From NCBI GenBank assembly GCA_965222225.1, contig CBDCTK010000002.1, positions 1,568,001 to 1,632,000 on the forward strand: DNA of 64,000 bases, in the 5' to 3' direction. Both the position numbers and the translations under genes were made by a program. This DNA is from Candidatus Poribacteria bacterium. Lineage in GTDB: Bacteria > Poribacteria > WGA-4E > JAJDTR01. This document shows, piece after piece, positions 20,006-29,975 of the stretch. The notes under the pieces were generated by a model. It saw only the letters and a program-made list of their open reading frames with translations, did not search any database and had not been told where the DNA came from. Numbering within the stretch: position 1 is the stretch's first letter; the number at the start of each line of letters is the position of its first letter.

Positions 20006-21367
20006 TTGAAAGTCGCAATTATCGGCACCGGTTACGTTGGGCTAACAACCTGCCTCGCCATGGCTTACCTAAAGCACGAAGTTGTAGGCGTGGACAAAGA
20101 TCCAGACAAGCTCAGTTTGTTACGTCAAGGAATAAGTCCCATCCACGAAACCGGCGTCCAAGCACTTCTCCATCAAACTACTGAGAATATCTGTTTCACC
20201 GATGACTTGAAAAGTGCAGTAACCGATTCCGAAGTCATCATGATCGCTGTCGGTACTCCACCGAAGCAGGATGGTGAAGCCGATATCCGCTATGTGGAGG
20301 AGGCCGCAGAGGAAGTTGCTTGCGGTCTGGAACCGAATCGGGAGTATGTCATCGTTATAAAATCAACTGTTCCAATTGGTACTAATCGCCGTATTGCGCA
20401 CTTGGTACATTCCGCGCTTGAGCAGCGCGATGTCAAAACTAACGTGTATTTTGCGTCTAATCCGGAATTCCTGCAGGAAGGTCTCGCATTGCGTGGCACA
20501 TTCTACCCGGATCGCGTTGTTGTCGGTACGGATCGACCTGAAGCTGTTGATGCCATGCGGCGGCTACATGAACCAATCCTCGAGCGCACTTTTGAACCCC
20601 CCAGCTTCTTGGCAGCCCCGGACGACGAGAACCTGCCGCCCTTAATCGCAACGGACGCCACAAATGCCGAGATGATAAAATATGCGGCCAACACCTTCCT
20701 AGCGCTTAAAATCAGTTTCATCAATGAGATAGCGGGGCTTTGTGAACGAGTTCAAGCTGATGTGACAGAAGTAGCGCGTGGTGTCGGATTGGACTCTCGC
20801 ATCTCTCACCGCTTCCTCCAAGCCGGTGTTGGGTGGGGTGGTAGTTGCTTTCCAAAGGACACTGCCGCACTTCTAAGGGTGGCTTCAGAATACGGTTATT
20901 CGATGCCAATTATTGAGGCCGCACGTAAGGTCAATCAGCGACAGCGTACATTAATCGTTGAGAAACTACAGCACGCCCTCAAAATCCTACGCGGACGAAC
21001 AATTGGAATCTTGGGGCTCGCTTTCAAACCCAACACAGACGATGTTCGCGGGGCTCCTGCATTGGAGATAATTCGACTGCTGAGCGAGCAGGGGGCTTAC
21101 GTCCGTGCTCACGATCCGGTAGCGATTCCGCATGCCCGTGGAGACCTTGAGGACATTGAAATAGAATTTGTGGAGGATGCGTATGCAGTATCCGTCGCCG
21201 CAGATGCGGTGGTGCTCATAACTGATTGGAACGAATACCGCACACTCGACCTCCGCATATTAGCGAAGCCTATGAGTACCCCCATTCTAATTGATGGCCG
21301 CAACATCTATTCGCCAGACGAAGCCCGTGATGCTGGATTGCAGTACATGGGAATTGGTCGAGGATAA
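20006..21367 (+). CDS. ugd: UDP-glucose/GDP-mannose dehydrogenase
   Basis: IGTGYVG, KSTVP, SNPEFL, GWGGSCFPKD, AFKPNTDD; start codon uncertain. Confidence 0.9.
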   Translation: MKVAIIGTGYVGLTTCLAMAYLKHEVVGVDKDPDKLSLLRQGISPIHETGVQALLHQTTENICFTDDLKSAVTDSEVIMIAVGTPPKQDGEADIRYVEEAAEEVACGLEPNREYVIVIKSTVPIGTNRRIAHLVHSALEQRDVKTNVYFASNPEFLQEGLALRGTFYPDRVVVGTDRPEAVDAMRRLHEPILERTFEPPSFLAAPDDENLPPLIATDATNAEMIKYAANTFLALKISFINEIAGLCERVQADVTEVARGVGLDSRISHRFLQAGVGWGGSCFPKDTAALLRVASEYGYSMPIIEAARKVNQRQRTLIVEKLQHALKILRGRTIGILGLAFKPNTDDVRGAPALEIIRLLSEQGAYVRAHDPVAIPHARGDLEDIEIEFVEDAYAVSVAADAVVLITDWNEYRTLDLRILAKPMSTPILIDGRNIYSPDEARDAGLQYMGIGRG

Positions 21368-21443
21368 CATATCCAGCCCAATCTTGTTTTCATATTTCCA
21401 CGCATTACGCGTGGCTCTTCATTTCTTTTGATTTGTATCGATT

Positions 21444-22025
21444 ATGGAAGATTTCACGCCTACTCTTCAAGAGCCACGTCCATTCGACTCAAATTGTCAA
21501 CGCTACTGTCCAAGAAATCCCTTCCCTTCTTATCGCCATATACCCGGTGTAACTCCACACCCGATTAAAGATCCGGCGGGCCACAGTTACGGCAGTGACG
21601 AATCGACAAGACCTCAAGTCTTATCCCCTGAATCTTGGCGAACCAATGAGGATTATCTCTACGGCGTGGATCTTTATAACTTCGCCTACTGGTGGGAAGC
21701 ACATGAGGCGTGGGAGGGGCTATGGCATCATGCCGAGGACGACTACCGTTTATTCTTACAAGGATTGATTCAAATCTCCGCCGCTCTAATTAAACACCAC
21801 ATGCGGATGCCAAGACCTGTGCGTACGCTTTCCACCGCCGGGTCTGACAAGTTGCGAGAAGTATCCTTAAAGTTTAAACCTCCTACGGAAACCTATGTGG
21901 GCATAAACCTGAATGAGTTCTTGTCTCGCCTTGATGTCTTCTTTGGCCCATTCCACTTCGATTTTGTCTCCGAAGAGGCCTATACATCTACAACCGTCAA
22001 CCCCCAGATTCAGCTAGTTTTCTAG
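21444..22025 (+). CDS. DUF309 domain protein
   Basis: GVDLYN..YWWEAHEAWEGLW...LQGLIQ. Confidence 0.85.
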   Translation: MEDFTPTLQEPRPFDSNCQRYCPRNPFPSYRHIPGVTPHPIKDPAGHSYGSDESTRPQVLSPESWRTNEDYLYGVDLYNFAYWWEAHEAWEGLWHHAEDDYRLFLQGLIQISAALIKHHMRMPRPVRTLSTAGSDKLREVSLKFKPPTETYVGINLNEFLSRLDVFFGPFHFDFVSEEAYTSTTVNPQIQLVF

Positions 22026-22192
22026 TCTCTATCCCTCTCGTCTTCTTGTCTTTCAATTTTCCTTCCTCTAACCATCGGCCACTCGCTACCGCCTGTTCCA
22101 CGAATCATGTACCATGCTTTTCTCTTGACCGTTTCATAATGCTTGGATATAATCCACTCCAAGTTTCCCCAGTTTCGTTCGCGCAATATAGT

Positions 22193-23623
22193 ATGAAAAT
22201 GCACGAGAAAAACCTAACCACCGAGCAACAAGCCGCCCTACGCCGTATCCCGTCCATCGAAAAACTATTGGCTCAAGATGGATTCATGACGTTGCAAGAG
22301 AAGTATTCCCGCAACTTAGTGACAGATATCCTTCGCTCCGTTGTTACCGAATCAAGAAGACGCATCTTCGACGAAGGTACAAGTTTCGATGGCATTGACG
22401 AATCCACGTACCTTCAACTCGTCCGCAGTAAACTTCACGAAATAACTACTTCAACGCTTCGTCCGCTTGTCAACGCCACTGGAACAATTATTCACACAAA
22501 TCTAGGGCGATCGTTGCTGAGTGAATCGGCTAGGGAAAACCTCTGCCAAGTTGTAGTCAACTACATAAACCTCGAATACGATTTGAAGACTGGTGAACGC
22601 GGTCACCGTGACCACATCACTGAACCACTGTTGCAGCGATTGACCGGGTGTGAGGCATCGACCGTCGTCAACAACAATGCCGCGGCGGTGCTTCTGACCC
22701 TGAACACGCTAGCTCAAGGTAAAGAAGTGATTGTGTCGCGTGGTGAGCTGATCGAAATCGGCGGTTCATTCCGAATTCCTGACGTCATGGCAGCGAGCGG
22801 CGCCATCTTGCGGGAGGTGGGCACGACTAATCGAACGCATTTGAGGGACTATGAAGTTGCGATTGACGAAAACACGGCGCTCATCCTAAAGGTGCACCCG
22901 AGCAACTATAAAATCGTCGGTTTCTCCTCAACGCCGGATATAGCAGAGATTACGGAGCTCGGACGTCGGAGGGGAATACCGACCATGGAGGACCTCGGCA
23001 GTGGATCGTTAATTGACCTGACACGCTATGGTCTTCCCCGTGAGCCAGTCGTCCGCGAACGGATTGAAGCAGGAGTTGAAATTGTAACTTTCAGTGGAGA
23101 CAAATTGCTTGGAGGGCCTCAGGGAGGGATAATCGTCGGCAAGGCTAATTTGGTACAGCAAATTCGGGAGAACCCCCTCATGCGGGCGCTGCGCGTTGGA
23201 AAACTGACACTCGCCGCCCTTGAAGCAACTCTGCGGCTCTACCTTAATGAGGACTGCCTTCTTCAGGAGTTACCGATGTTGAGTTGTTATACTCGAACGC
23301 TTGAAGAACTTCAAACTGTTGCAGAAGAGTTGACGGCGAATCTTCGTCGAGTCTTTGGGGAGACCATCCGTGTTACAATCGGAGAGAGTCGAGTTCAAAT
23401 CGGCAGCGGATCCTTGCCCGTAGAGACATTGCCCAGTCTAGCAGTTGTCTTGGAATCGCAACAGATGTCAGCCGAGTATCTCGCAGCACAGTTCCGCGCT
23501 CAGCGGACGCCAGTCATTGGACGTACGCAGGATGGCAAGTTTTGGTTGGATGTGCGAGCGATAGGAAAAAATCAACTCAATTGGGTTATTGAGGCAGCTC
23601 AGAGTATAGCGTGTGCCAAATAG
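22193..23623 (+). CDS. selA: L-seryl-tRNA(Sec) selenium transferase
   Basis: NATGTIIHTNLGR, VNNNAAA, SRGELIEIGGSFRIPDVM, FSGDKLLGGPQ. Confidence 0.97.
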   Translation: MKMHEKNLTTEQQAALRRIPSIEKLLAQDGFMTLQEKYSRNLVTDILRSVVTESRRRIFDEGTSFDGIDESTYLQLVRSKLHEITTSTLRPLVNATGTIIHTNLGRSLLSESARENLCQVVVNYINLEYDLKTGERGHRDHITEPLLQRLTGCEASTVVNNNAAAVLLTLNTLAQGKEVIVSRGELIEIGGSFRIPDVMAASGAILREVGTTNRTHLRDYEVAIDENTALILKVHPSNYKIVGFSSTPDIAEITELGRRRGIPTMEDLGSGSLIDLTRYGLPREPVVRERIEAGVEIVTFSGDKLLGGPQGGIIVGKANLVQQIRENPLMRALRVGKLTLAALEATLRLYLNEDCLLQELPMLSCYTRTLEELQTVAEELTANLRRVFGETIRVTIGESRVQIGSGSLPVETLPSLAVVLESQQMSAEYLAAQFRAQRTPVIGRTQDGKFWLDVRAIGKNQLNWVIEAAQSIACAK

Positions 23624-23721
23624 AGATTCACGCTATCCGCTCGTTATTGCCTAAGTAAGCGCCGCTGTGGCATAATCGGCTTCCGAATTTTCAATCTTCC
23701 AGGTCTGATAAACGTAGCATT

Positions 23722-25638
23722 ATGCGACACGTCATTATTGGTACAGCCGGGCACGTCGATCACGGAAAATCTGCCCTAATACACACTTTGACTGGCATTG
23801 AAACCGATCGGCTCAAAGAGGAAAAGGAACGTGGGTTGTCGATTGAGTTAGGGTTTGCCTACTTCAATCTGCCCGATGGTTCGCGAGCCGGCATCGTTGA
23901 TGTTCCAGGCCATGAGAAGTTTATCCGAAATATGCTCTCCGGCGCGTACGGAATGGACATCGTGTTGCTTGTTGTTGATTCCAAGGAAGGTGTTCAAGAG
24001 CAAACACTGGAACATCTGGAGATTCTTGACCTCCTCGGGCTCTCAACAGGAATTCTCGTGATGACCAAAGTCGACCTAGTGTCGCCAACTCAGTTGGCAG
24101 AATCATCCGAGATGGCGCAAGAGATGCTAGTCGGCACAGCGCTTGAAGGAATTCCGACTGTCCACGTGTCATCACTCACCGGTCAAGGCTTGGATGCACT
24201 CAAAAACTTGATTGTACAAAAGGTGAATGCCGTTGTTGAACTGGGACAAGGCGATGGGATCCCGCGCCTATATGTGGACCGTGTGTTTACGATGCAAGGA
24301 TTTGGTGCTGTCGTCACTGGTACATTGATTACCGGGGACATTCATCGTGAACAACGCCTTGTTGTCCTTCCCCAAGGGCGAGAGGTGCGTGTGCGCGGGG
24401 TACAGGTGCACAACGAATCGGCAGATCGAGCCCATGCGGGGCAACGCACCGCACTAAACTTGTCCGGTATTTCCGCTGACGACATTGAGCGGGGTGATAT
24501 AATCTGTCCAGTCGGTATCTCGAAGGTGACCGACAACATTGACGTATCGCTCCGTGTCTTATCCTCGTTCCCGCGTTCGCTTGAACACTGGACACGCCTA
24601 CGATTCTATCTTGGCACCACTGAGACGTTTTGTCGCACAATTCTGCTTGTCGATGAAACTGTGAAACGAGGCAAGACGGCGCAAATCCAACTCCGTTTGG
24701 AGAGGCCCATTCTCACCTTCAGAGGCGACCGATTCATCGTGCGTGACTTTTCAGCACAGCATACGGTCGGCGGCGGACAGGTCATTAATCCGTTTGCACC
24801 GCGACACAAGCGGTTTACGGAGGAAACTTTAGAGGTTTTGGATGAGTGGGAGAGTGCGGACGATACTGATGTCATCAGCTTGGTTCTGACGCATAACCGT
24901 GACCTGTGCATACCACAGGATTACCTGCACTACTATCTCTCCGGTTCTCACACTACCTTGGAACAGAATTTAAAGGTGCTTGAATCAGATCAGAAGATTG
25001 TCCGTTGGAGTGGTGGGACGCAGTTGATCTCGGCAGTGAACCGCACAGAAGCAGCTCAGGAAACCCTTCTTGGTGCACTAAGAGACTTTCACGAACAGAA
25101 TCCGCTTGCCCCTGGCCAGAATGTCGCGCAGTTACAACGGCAGATAGGATTGGATGGTACAGCCTTTGAAAGAATTGTAAACCACCTGATTCAAGGAAAA
25201 CAGGTTATCAAGGATGGTAATCTCCTCCGCATGGCGGCGCACCAAATTCAATTCTCGGCGGAGGCGGCGGGAGTAAAAGACCAAATCGAGGAAGCATTGT
25301 TGAAAGCAGGATTGAATACGCCCAATTTAGGAGAGCTAGAAACGCAATTTGGCGGATATCCGCCCCAACTAATCCAGAAGACGTTCTACGCCTTGTTAAA
25401 TCTTAACCGGTTTATCAAAATCGCGGACGGGTACTTCATCCATGCGGATACACTTAAGAAATGCCTCAACTTACTTACCAATTACCTGCGAGAAAATGAA
25501 ATAATCACTGTCGCTGAATTTCGTGAACTTGCAAAGACTTCTCGCAAATTTGCAGTACCTTTTCTCGAATACTGCGATGGTCAAGGCATCACAGTCCGAG
25601 TGGATAATCATCGTCGTTTGCGGAAGTCGGCAAAATGA
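23722..25638 (+). CDS. selB: Selenocysteine-specific translation elongation factor
   Basis: GTAGHVDHGKS, DRLKEEKERG, DVPGHEKF; C-terminal winged helix SRKFAVPFLEY.D. Confidence 0.97.
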   Translation: MRHVIIGTAGHVDHGKSALIHTLTGIETDRLKEEKERGLSIELGFAYFNLPDGSRAGIVDVPGHEKFIRNMLSGAYGMDIVLLVVDSKEGVQEQTLEHLEILDLLGLSTGILVMTKVDLVSPTQLAESSEMAQEMLVGTALEGIPTVHVSSLTGQGLDALKNLIVQKVNAVVELGQGDGIPRLYVDRVFTMQGFGAVVTGTLITGDIHREQRLVVLPQGREVRVRGVQVHNESADRAHAGQRTALNLSGISADDIERGDIICPVGISKVTDNIDVSLRVLSSFPRSLEHWTRLRFYLGTTETFCRTILLVDETVKRGKTAQIQLRLERPILTFRGDRFIVRDFSAQHTVGGGQVINPFAPRHKRFTEETLEVLDEWESADDTDVISLVLTHNRDLCIPQDYLHYYLSGSHTTLEQNLKVLESDQKIVRWSGGTQLISAVNRTEAAQETLLGALRDFHEQNPLAPGQNVAQLQRQIGLDGTAFERIVNHLIQGKQVIKDGNLLRMAAHQIQFSAEAAGVKDQIEEALLKAGLNTPNLGELETQFGGYPPQLIQKTFYALLNLNRFIKIADGYFIHADTLKKCLNLLTNYLRENEIITVAEFRELAKTSRKFAVPFLEYCDGQGITVRVDNHRRLRKSAK

Positions 25639-25668
25639 ACACCTGTGATGTCTTGATATGTGTCCGAT

Positions 25669-25762
25669 GGGAGGGGATAGGGTCCGGTGGCTCTACTGGT
25701 CTTCAAAACCAGCTTGTCCATGCAAGTGGATAGGTGGGTTCGACTCCCACCCTCTCCCGCCA
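25669..25762 (+). tRNA. selC: tRNA-Sec (anticodon TCA)
   Basis: 8-bp acceptor GGGAGGGG/CCTCTCCC plus GCCA; 6-bp D stem with 4-nt loop; CTGGT-CTTCAAA-ACCAG; long variable arm; GTGGG-TTCGACT-CCCAC; directly after selB. Confidence 0.97.
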
Positions 25763-25809
25763 TGCAGATTTCTCGAGAGCGTTGGTAATAATCGCGTATG
25801 CGACGCCCC

Positions 25810-27753
25810 TTAATGGTCGAGGTTTTCGATTAACACCGGATCCACTGGCTCGGGGAGATCAAAGCAAAAGATGCGTGAGTAGAAGTACAACTCTACGTCA
25901 AGGCAGCGCTTGATATTCTCTGCGCGGCGAAAACCGTGTTGTTCCCCTTCAAACGCAACGTATGCGACAGGTAGGCCCTTCTCCCGTAACGCCGCAATCA
26001 TCATCTCTGCCTGATTTGGCGGGACAATTTTATCCTCAAGGCCTTGAAAGAGGATAACCGGGCAAGACAGCAGATTTGTGAAGTGAATCGGTGAGCGCTC
26101 TAGATAGAGATTGCGGCAGTTCGGGTAAGGACCAACCAATCGATCTAGGTAGCGCGATTCAAACTTGTGGGTATCAGTCACCAACGCTTCAAGATTACTG
26201 ATGCCATAATAACTGGCTCCAGCCTTGAAGATGTCATGGAACGTGAGGGCGCACAGCGTAGTGTAGCCCCCAGCGCTACCCCCGTTTATTGCCACTCGGC
26301 GCACATCAACCTCGTCGCGATCGATAAGGTACCGAACACCGGATACACAATCGTTAACATCGACAATTCCCCACTTGCCGTCAAGTCGCTCCCGATATGC
26401 GCGTCCATAGCCGGTGCTTCCACCGTAATTCACATCAAGCACCGCGAAACCGCGGCTTGTCCAATATTGTACAGTCAAATCAAGTGCGGACGAAGTGGCA
26501 CCAGTCGGACCGCCATGGCTCTGGACAAGGATTGGCGGACGCTCCTCTGGCGGAGCGACATAATCTCCGTTCTGTGACGGGTAGAAGAAGCCGTGCGCCG
26601 TCAATCCGTCTTTGGTCGGAAACTCAATTGCTTCAGGGATGGACAAATAACGAGTGTCAATTTCAAGCGTATTTGAGCGGCGTAACACTTCAATCTCATG
26701 GCTAACGAGATTGAGTTCCACTATTGAACGTGTCATCGTCGGGGAGCCGGCGCCAAATACGACCCGTCCGGTGCCAACCTGCAGACCTGTTCGAGACATA
26801 TCGGTATAGGGGATCTCGATCTGTTCAAGTCGATGCATTTCCGTGCCGAGGCGACCGAGTTCCCAATTCCCCCGCCGATTGTAGATGCAAATAATACTCT
26901 TGGCGGACTCAAATCCGTAAGTGCACAATCCAAATTCCCAGTGTGGTATAGCGAATTCGGCGTCTGTTTCATAGAGAGGCTCAACACGTCCATCACGCCA
27001 TCTGTAGAGGTTCCACCATCCTCCTTGGTCGGAGATGAAATGCAAAGCACCCTCAGGCGACCACCCTGGCTGCAATGTAGACACATCAATCCCGCCACTG
27101 ATGCAACGGCTTTCCGTCAATGTACCGTCTGCATTGAACTGTGCAGTCCACAATTCGGTACCATCCCACGGCATGTTCGGGTGATTCCAACTTATCCACG
27201 CAACCTGAGAACCGTCGGGAGAGAGTCGAGGGGACGAGTAGAAATCAGCGCCCGAGACTAGCACTTTAACATCCTGCCCGTCGTTGAGTCCCACACTCAC
27301 GAGCGTGTTAATTGCTTCGCGGTCGGGTAGGGAATGATCTTCGCGCACGCAGATTAGGTTTTCGCGATGACTATCAATGATGCTATCAGCGTAACGCATT
27401 TCACCTACTGGCGTAATTGGCTGAGGAGCCGTATTGCCTGTTTGCCGGTAGATACGCTGATCCTCAAAGTTTGAGAAATAGATTATGCCGTTTGTTACTG
27501 TGTATGCCCCGCCGCCGTATTCATGCACACGACTGCGGACATTGAACGGGGCAATTGTCATATCGGTGGCGTGTCCATTGGATGTACGACGGACGATAAC
27601 GTAGCGTCCACCCGCCTCCGGCCGCATTTCAACCCAGTACGTGTCATCGCCGTCAATGGCAATCTCCCCAAACCGAATTGCTTCTGACACAATAACGTCG
27701 GAGGTGATTGGCGATTTCCATGAGCCATAGGACGAAACTTCCTGTCCACACAT
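25810..27753 (-). CDS. S9 family (prolyl oligopeptidase / acylaminoacyl) peptidase
   Basis: YGSWKSPI, HGGPT, GGSAGG, GLEDKIVP, EQHGF. Confidence 0.95.
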   Translation of the reverse strand: MCGQEVSSYGSWKSPITSDVIVSEAIRFGEIAIDGDDTYWVEMRPEAGGRYVIVRRTSNGHATDMTIAPFNVRSRVHEYGGGAYTVTNGIIYFSNFEDQRIYRQTGNTAPQPITPVGEMRYADSIIDSHRENLICVREDHSLPDREAINTLVSVGLNDGQDVKVLVSGADFYSSPRLSPDGSQVAWISWNHPNMPWDGTELWTAQFNADGTLTESRCISGGIDVSTLQPGWSPEGALHFISDQGGWWNLYRWRDGRVEPLYETDAEFAIPHWEFGLCTYGFESAKSIICIYNRRGNWELGRLGTEMHRLEQIEIPYTDMSRTGLQVGTGRVVFGAGSPTMTRSIVELNLVSHEIEVLRRSNTLEIDTRYLSIPEAIEFPTKDGLTAHGFFYPSQNGDYVAPPEERPPILVQSHGGPTGATSSALDLTVQYWTSRGFAVLDVNYGGSTGYGRAYRERLDGKWGIVDVNDCVSGVRYLIDRDEVDVRRVAINGGSAGGYTTLCALTFHDIFKAGASYYGISNLEALVTDTHKFESRYLDRLVGPYPNCRNLYLERSPIHFTNLLSCPVILFQGLEDKIVPPNQAEMMIAALREKGLPVAYVAFEGEQHGFRRAENIKRCLDVELYFYSRIFCFDLPEPVDPVLIENLDH

Positions 27754-27845
27754 ATGCCTGCATCCTTTTCTGACTGAAGATTTCTCGGCTCTTCAATGGC
27801 TGCACAATCACGAATACGTGTTTGTACTGTGTGTGCGGGCGCCTA

Positions 27846-28316
27846 TTATGGTGGACCGCCCCTCTCCGCCAAAGACATCAGTTCTGATTCGGACAGAGCG
27901 AGATCGATGGGCTCCGAAACGGGTTGCGTCACTTTGTAAGGTGTCTTCGCATAGATTTCAACAACGTTGTCGTCCGGGTCGTAGAAGTAGATTGAAAAAG
28001 CAATCCCGTGAGTAACGATGTTCCGAATGCGCACTCCCTCCTGTTTAAGGAGTTCGTGAAACTGTTTCAAAGCGTCAAGGTCTTCGACGATGAAGGAGAT
28101 CTGTTGAACTACCTTTGCGCCCGGTGCGACATCTCTGCCAGTACAGAGAGCGAGTTCGTGGTGTTCTTCATCCGGCTGTGCGCTCAGGAAAGTCATCTGT
28201 CCGTCTGGGGATTCGTCCGTGATGACGAGACCAAGGATTCGAGTATAAAAATCTTTCGATTTCTGCAAATCGGTGCAATAAAGCCCTACATGCCCTAGTG
28301 CTTTGACAGATGGCAT
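27846..28316 (-). CDS. VOC (glyoxalase/extradiol dioxygenase-like) family protein
   Basis: LGHVGL..DL..S..FY..ILGL; SIYFYDPDDNVVE. Confidence 0.9.
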   Translation of the reverse strand: MPSVKALGHVGLYCTDLQKSKDFYTRILGLVITDESPDGQMTFLSAQPDEEHHELALCTGRDVAPGAKVVQQISFIVEDLDALKQFHELLKQEGVRIRNIVTHGIAFSIYFYDPDDNVVEIYAKTPYKVTQPVSEPIDLALSESELMSLAERGGPP

Positions 28317-28402
28317 ATCGTCCTTCCTTTGTAAAATATCAGCTAGATTCGTTAGTGGAAGGTTCCTCCGTAGTGAAGCAGCACACCATCGAAAAGTTGG
28401 TG

Positions 28403-29068
28403 TTAGTCTGTCCTTGAGTTGGGGGTTATGCCGCCTAAGGCGCCAATTGATTCCATAATCATTCGGCTCATGCTGTTGTACATGAGGCGTTTATCTTCGA
28501 TCTTCCGGGACTCACTGAAATCTATCGGAGGTCCAAAGTGTGTTGTAAGCTTTGCTGGTCTAATCCATTTTGACCGTCGCGGCATAAGGTAATTCGCTCC
28601 GGAAAGATAAACAGGAATTGCAGGAACATCTGCGTTCTGAATGATGAAACTGACGCCATCACGGGCTTTGCCTAAGTTGCCATCTTTGCTACGCGTACCT
28701 TCGGGGAAGATTAGCACGGCATGCCCCTCCTTCAGGAGAGAAATCGTATGCTTTAATGCCCTGCGGTCTGCCGTGCCGCGTTTTACCGGATAAGCGTTAT
28801 GTAATGCAAGTAGTTTTCCGAGTAAGGGAACATTAAATATGCTATCCCGTGTCATGAAATGGAATTCGCGCCTAGCCGTAATTCCCACAATAAACGGATC
28901 GAGATAGCTAACATGGTTCGACAACAGTAACACGCCACCCTCACGAGGGACATGCTCGTTGCCGTGTGCTTCGAGTTTGAACAGTCCGGTTAGAGCGGCG
29001 CCTAGGCATCGCTGAGTCCACCGGTACGGCACAGAATCCGTCAAAAAACTAAACTGCTGGTATCTCAT
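28403..29068 (-). CDS. plsC: 1-acyl-sn-glycerol-3-phosphate acyltransferase
   Basis: NHVSYLD, IFPEGTRS; overlaps the cmk stop codon. Confidence 0.88.
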   Translation of the reverse strand: MRYQQFSFLTDSVPYRWTQRCLGAALTGLFKLEAHGNEHVPREGGVLLLSNHVSYLDPFIVGITARREFHFMTRDSIFNVPLLGKLLALHNAYPVKRGTADRRALKHTISLLKEGHAVLIFPEGTRSKDGNLGKARDGVSFIIQNADVPAIPVYLSGANYLMPRRSKWIRPAKLTTHFGPPIDFSESRKIEDKRLMYNSMSRMIMESIGALGGITPNSRTD

Positions 29069-29730
29069 GAAAGCGCTTCTATCTGTTTGATAATGAATTC
29101 TACAACCTGATTCAGCGTCCTGTCAGTGGTGTCAACGATGATTGCATCATCGGCGGGCCGTAAGGGGCTATGTGCACGGGACAGGTCCTTTTCGTCTCGC
29201 GTCCTAATCTCCTGTTCAATCTGTTCGATTGTGCACGCAATCTTTTTGGTTTGCAACTCAAGAAAGCGCCGCTTCGCTCGTTCCTGAACAGACGCATCTA
29301 AGTAAAATTTGACCTCTGCATGCGGGAAAACTACCGTGGTCACGTCTCGCCCTTCAACGACAATTCCGCCGTCTTTCCCAATCCGGCGCTGTTGCTCTAC
29401 CATCGCATTGCGCACCTCAGGAATCCTCGCAATGTCCACTACTGCTTTATCAATTTCCGGTGTATGGATCAGGTCCGATACATCTTCGCCATTCAGTAGC
29501 GTAATCTTACCATTGTCGGCGAAGTCAATTCGGCAGCCGTGCGCGAGTTCTATGAGTTTCTTAACATTTGTGCACGGTACCTTCGCTCGAACCTCAAGTA
29601 GCGTTACTGCTCGGTACATTGCCCCCGAATTGAGAAACAAGTAACCCATCTTCTCGGCAATCCGTCTCGCCACGGTACTCTTTCCGGATCCCGCGGGGCC
29701 ATCCATAGCGATGGTCAAAGATTTACGCAT
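29065..29730 (-). CDS. cmk: Cytidylate kinase
   Basis: DGPAGSGKST, SGAMYR, VEGRD, RDEKDLSR..SPL. Confidence 0.95.
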   Translation of the reverse strand: MRKSLTIAMDGPAGSGKSTVARRIAEKMGYLFLNSGAMYRAVTLLEVRAKVPCTNVKKLIELAHGCRIDFADNGKITLLNGEDVSDLIHTPEIDKAVVDIARIPEVRNAMVEQQRRIGKDGGIVVEGRDVTTVVFPHAEVKFYLDASVQERAKRRFLELQTKKIACTIEQIEQEIRTRDEKDLSRAHSPLRPADDAIIVDTTDRTLNQVVEFIIKQIEALS

Positions 29731-29975
29731 TTGTCCTTCCGTTCATGGTAACGGAATCTCAATAGTTATTGCCTTCGAAATCTAGAAATTGTAGAGAGGG
29801 CGCCCGTGTAGTTACACACGGACCTCCATTCTACCGTCATATTTCTCTAAGAAATCAAAGCTATGCCATTATATCACAGGCTCGTCGGTGGTGTAACTGC
29901 AAAATTCTGTCGACGTTGTAGTTGTACTGCAAGAAGTGGAAGAACAGAATCGCTAATTTGTTCGTCACCTACGTG

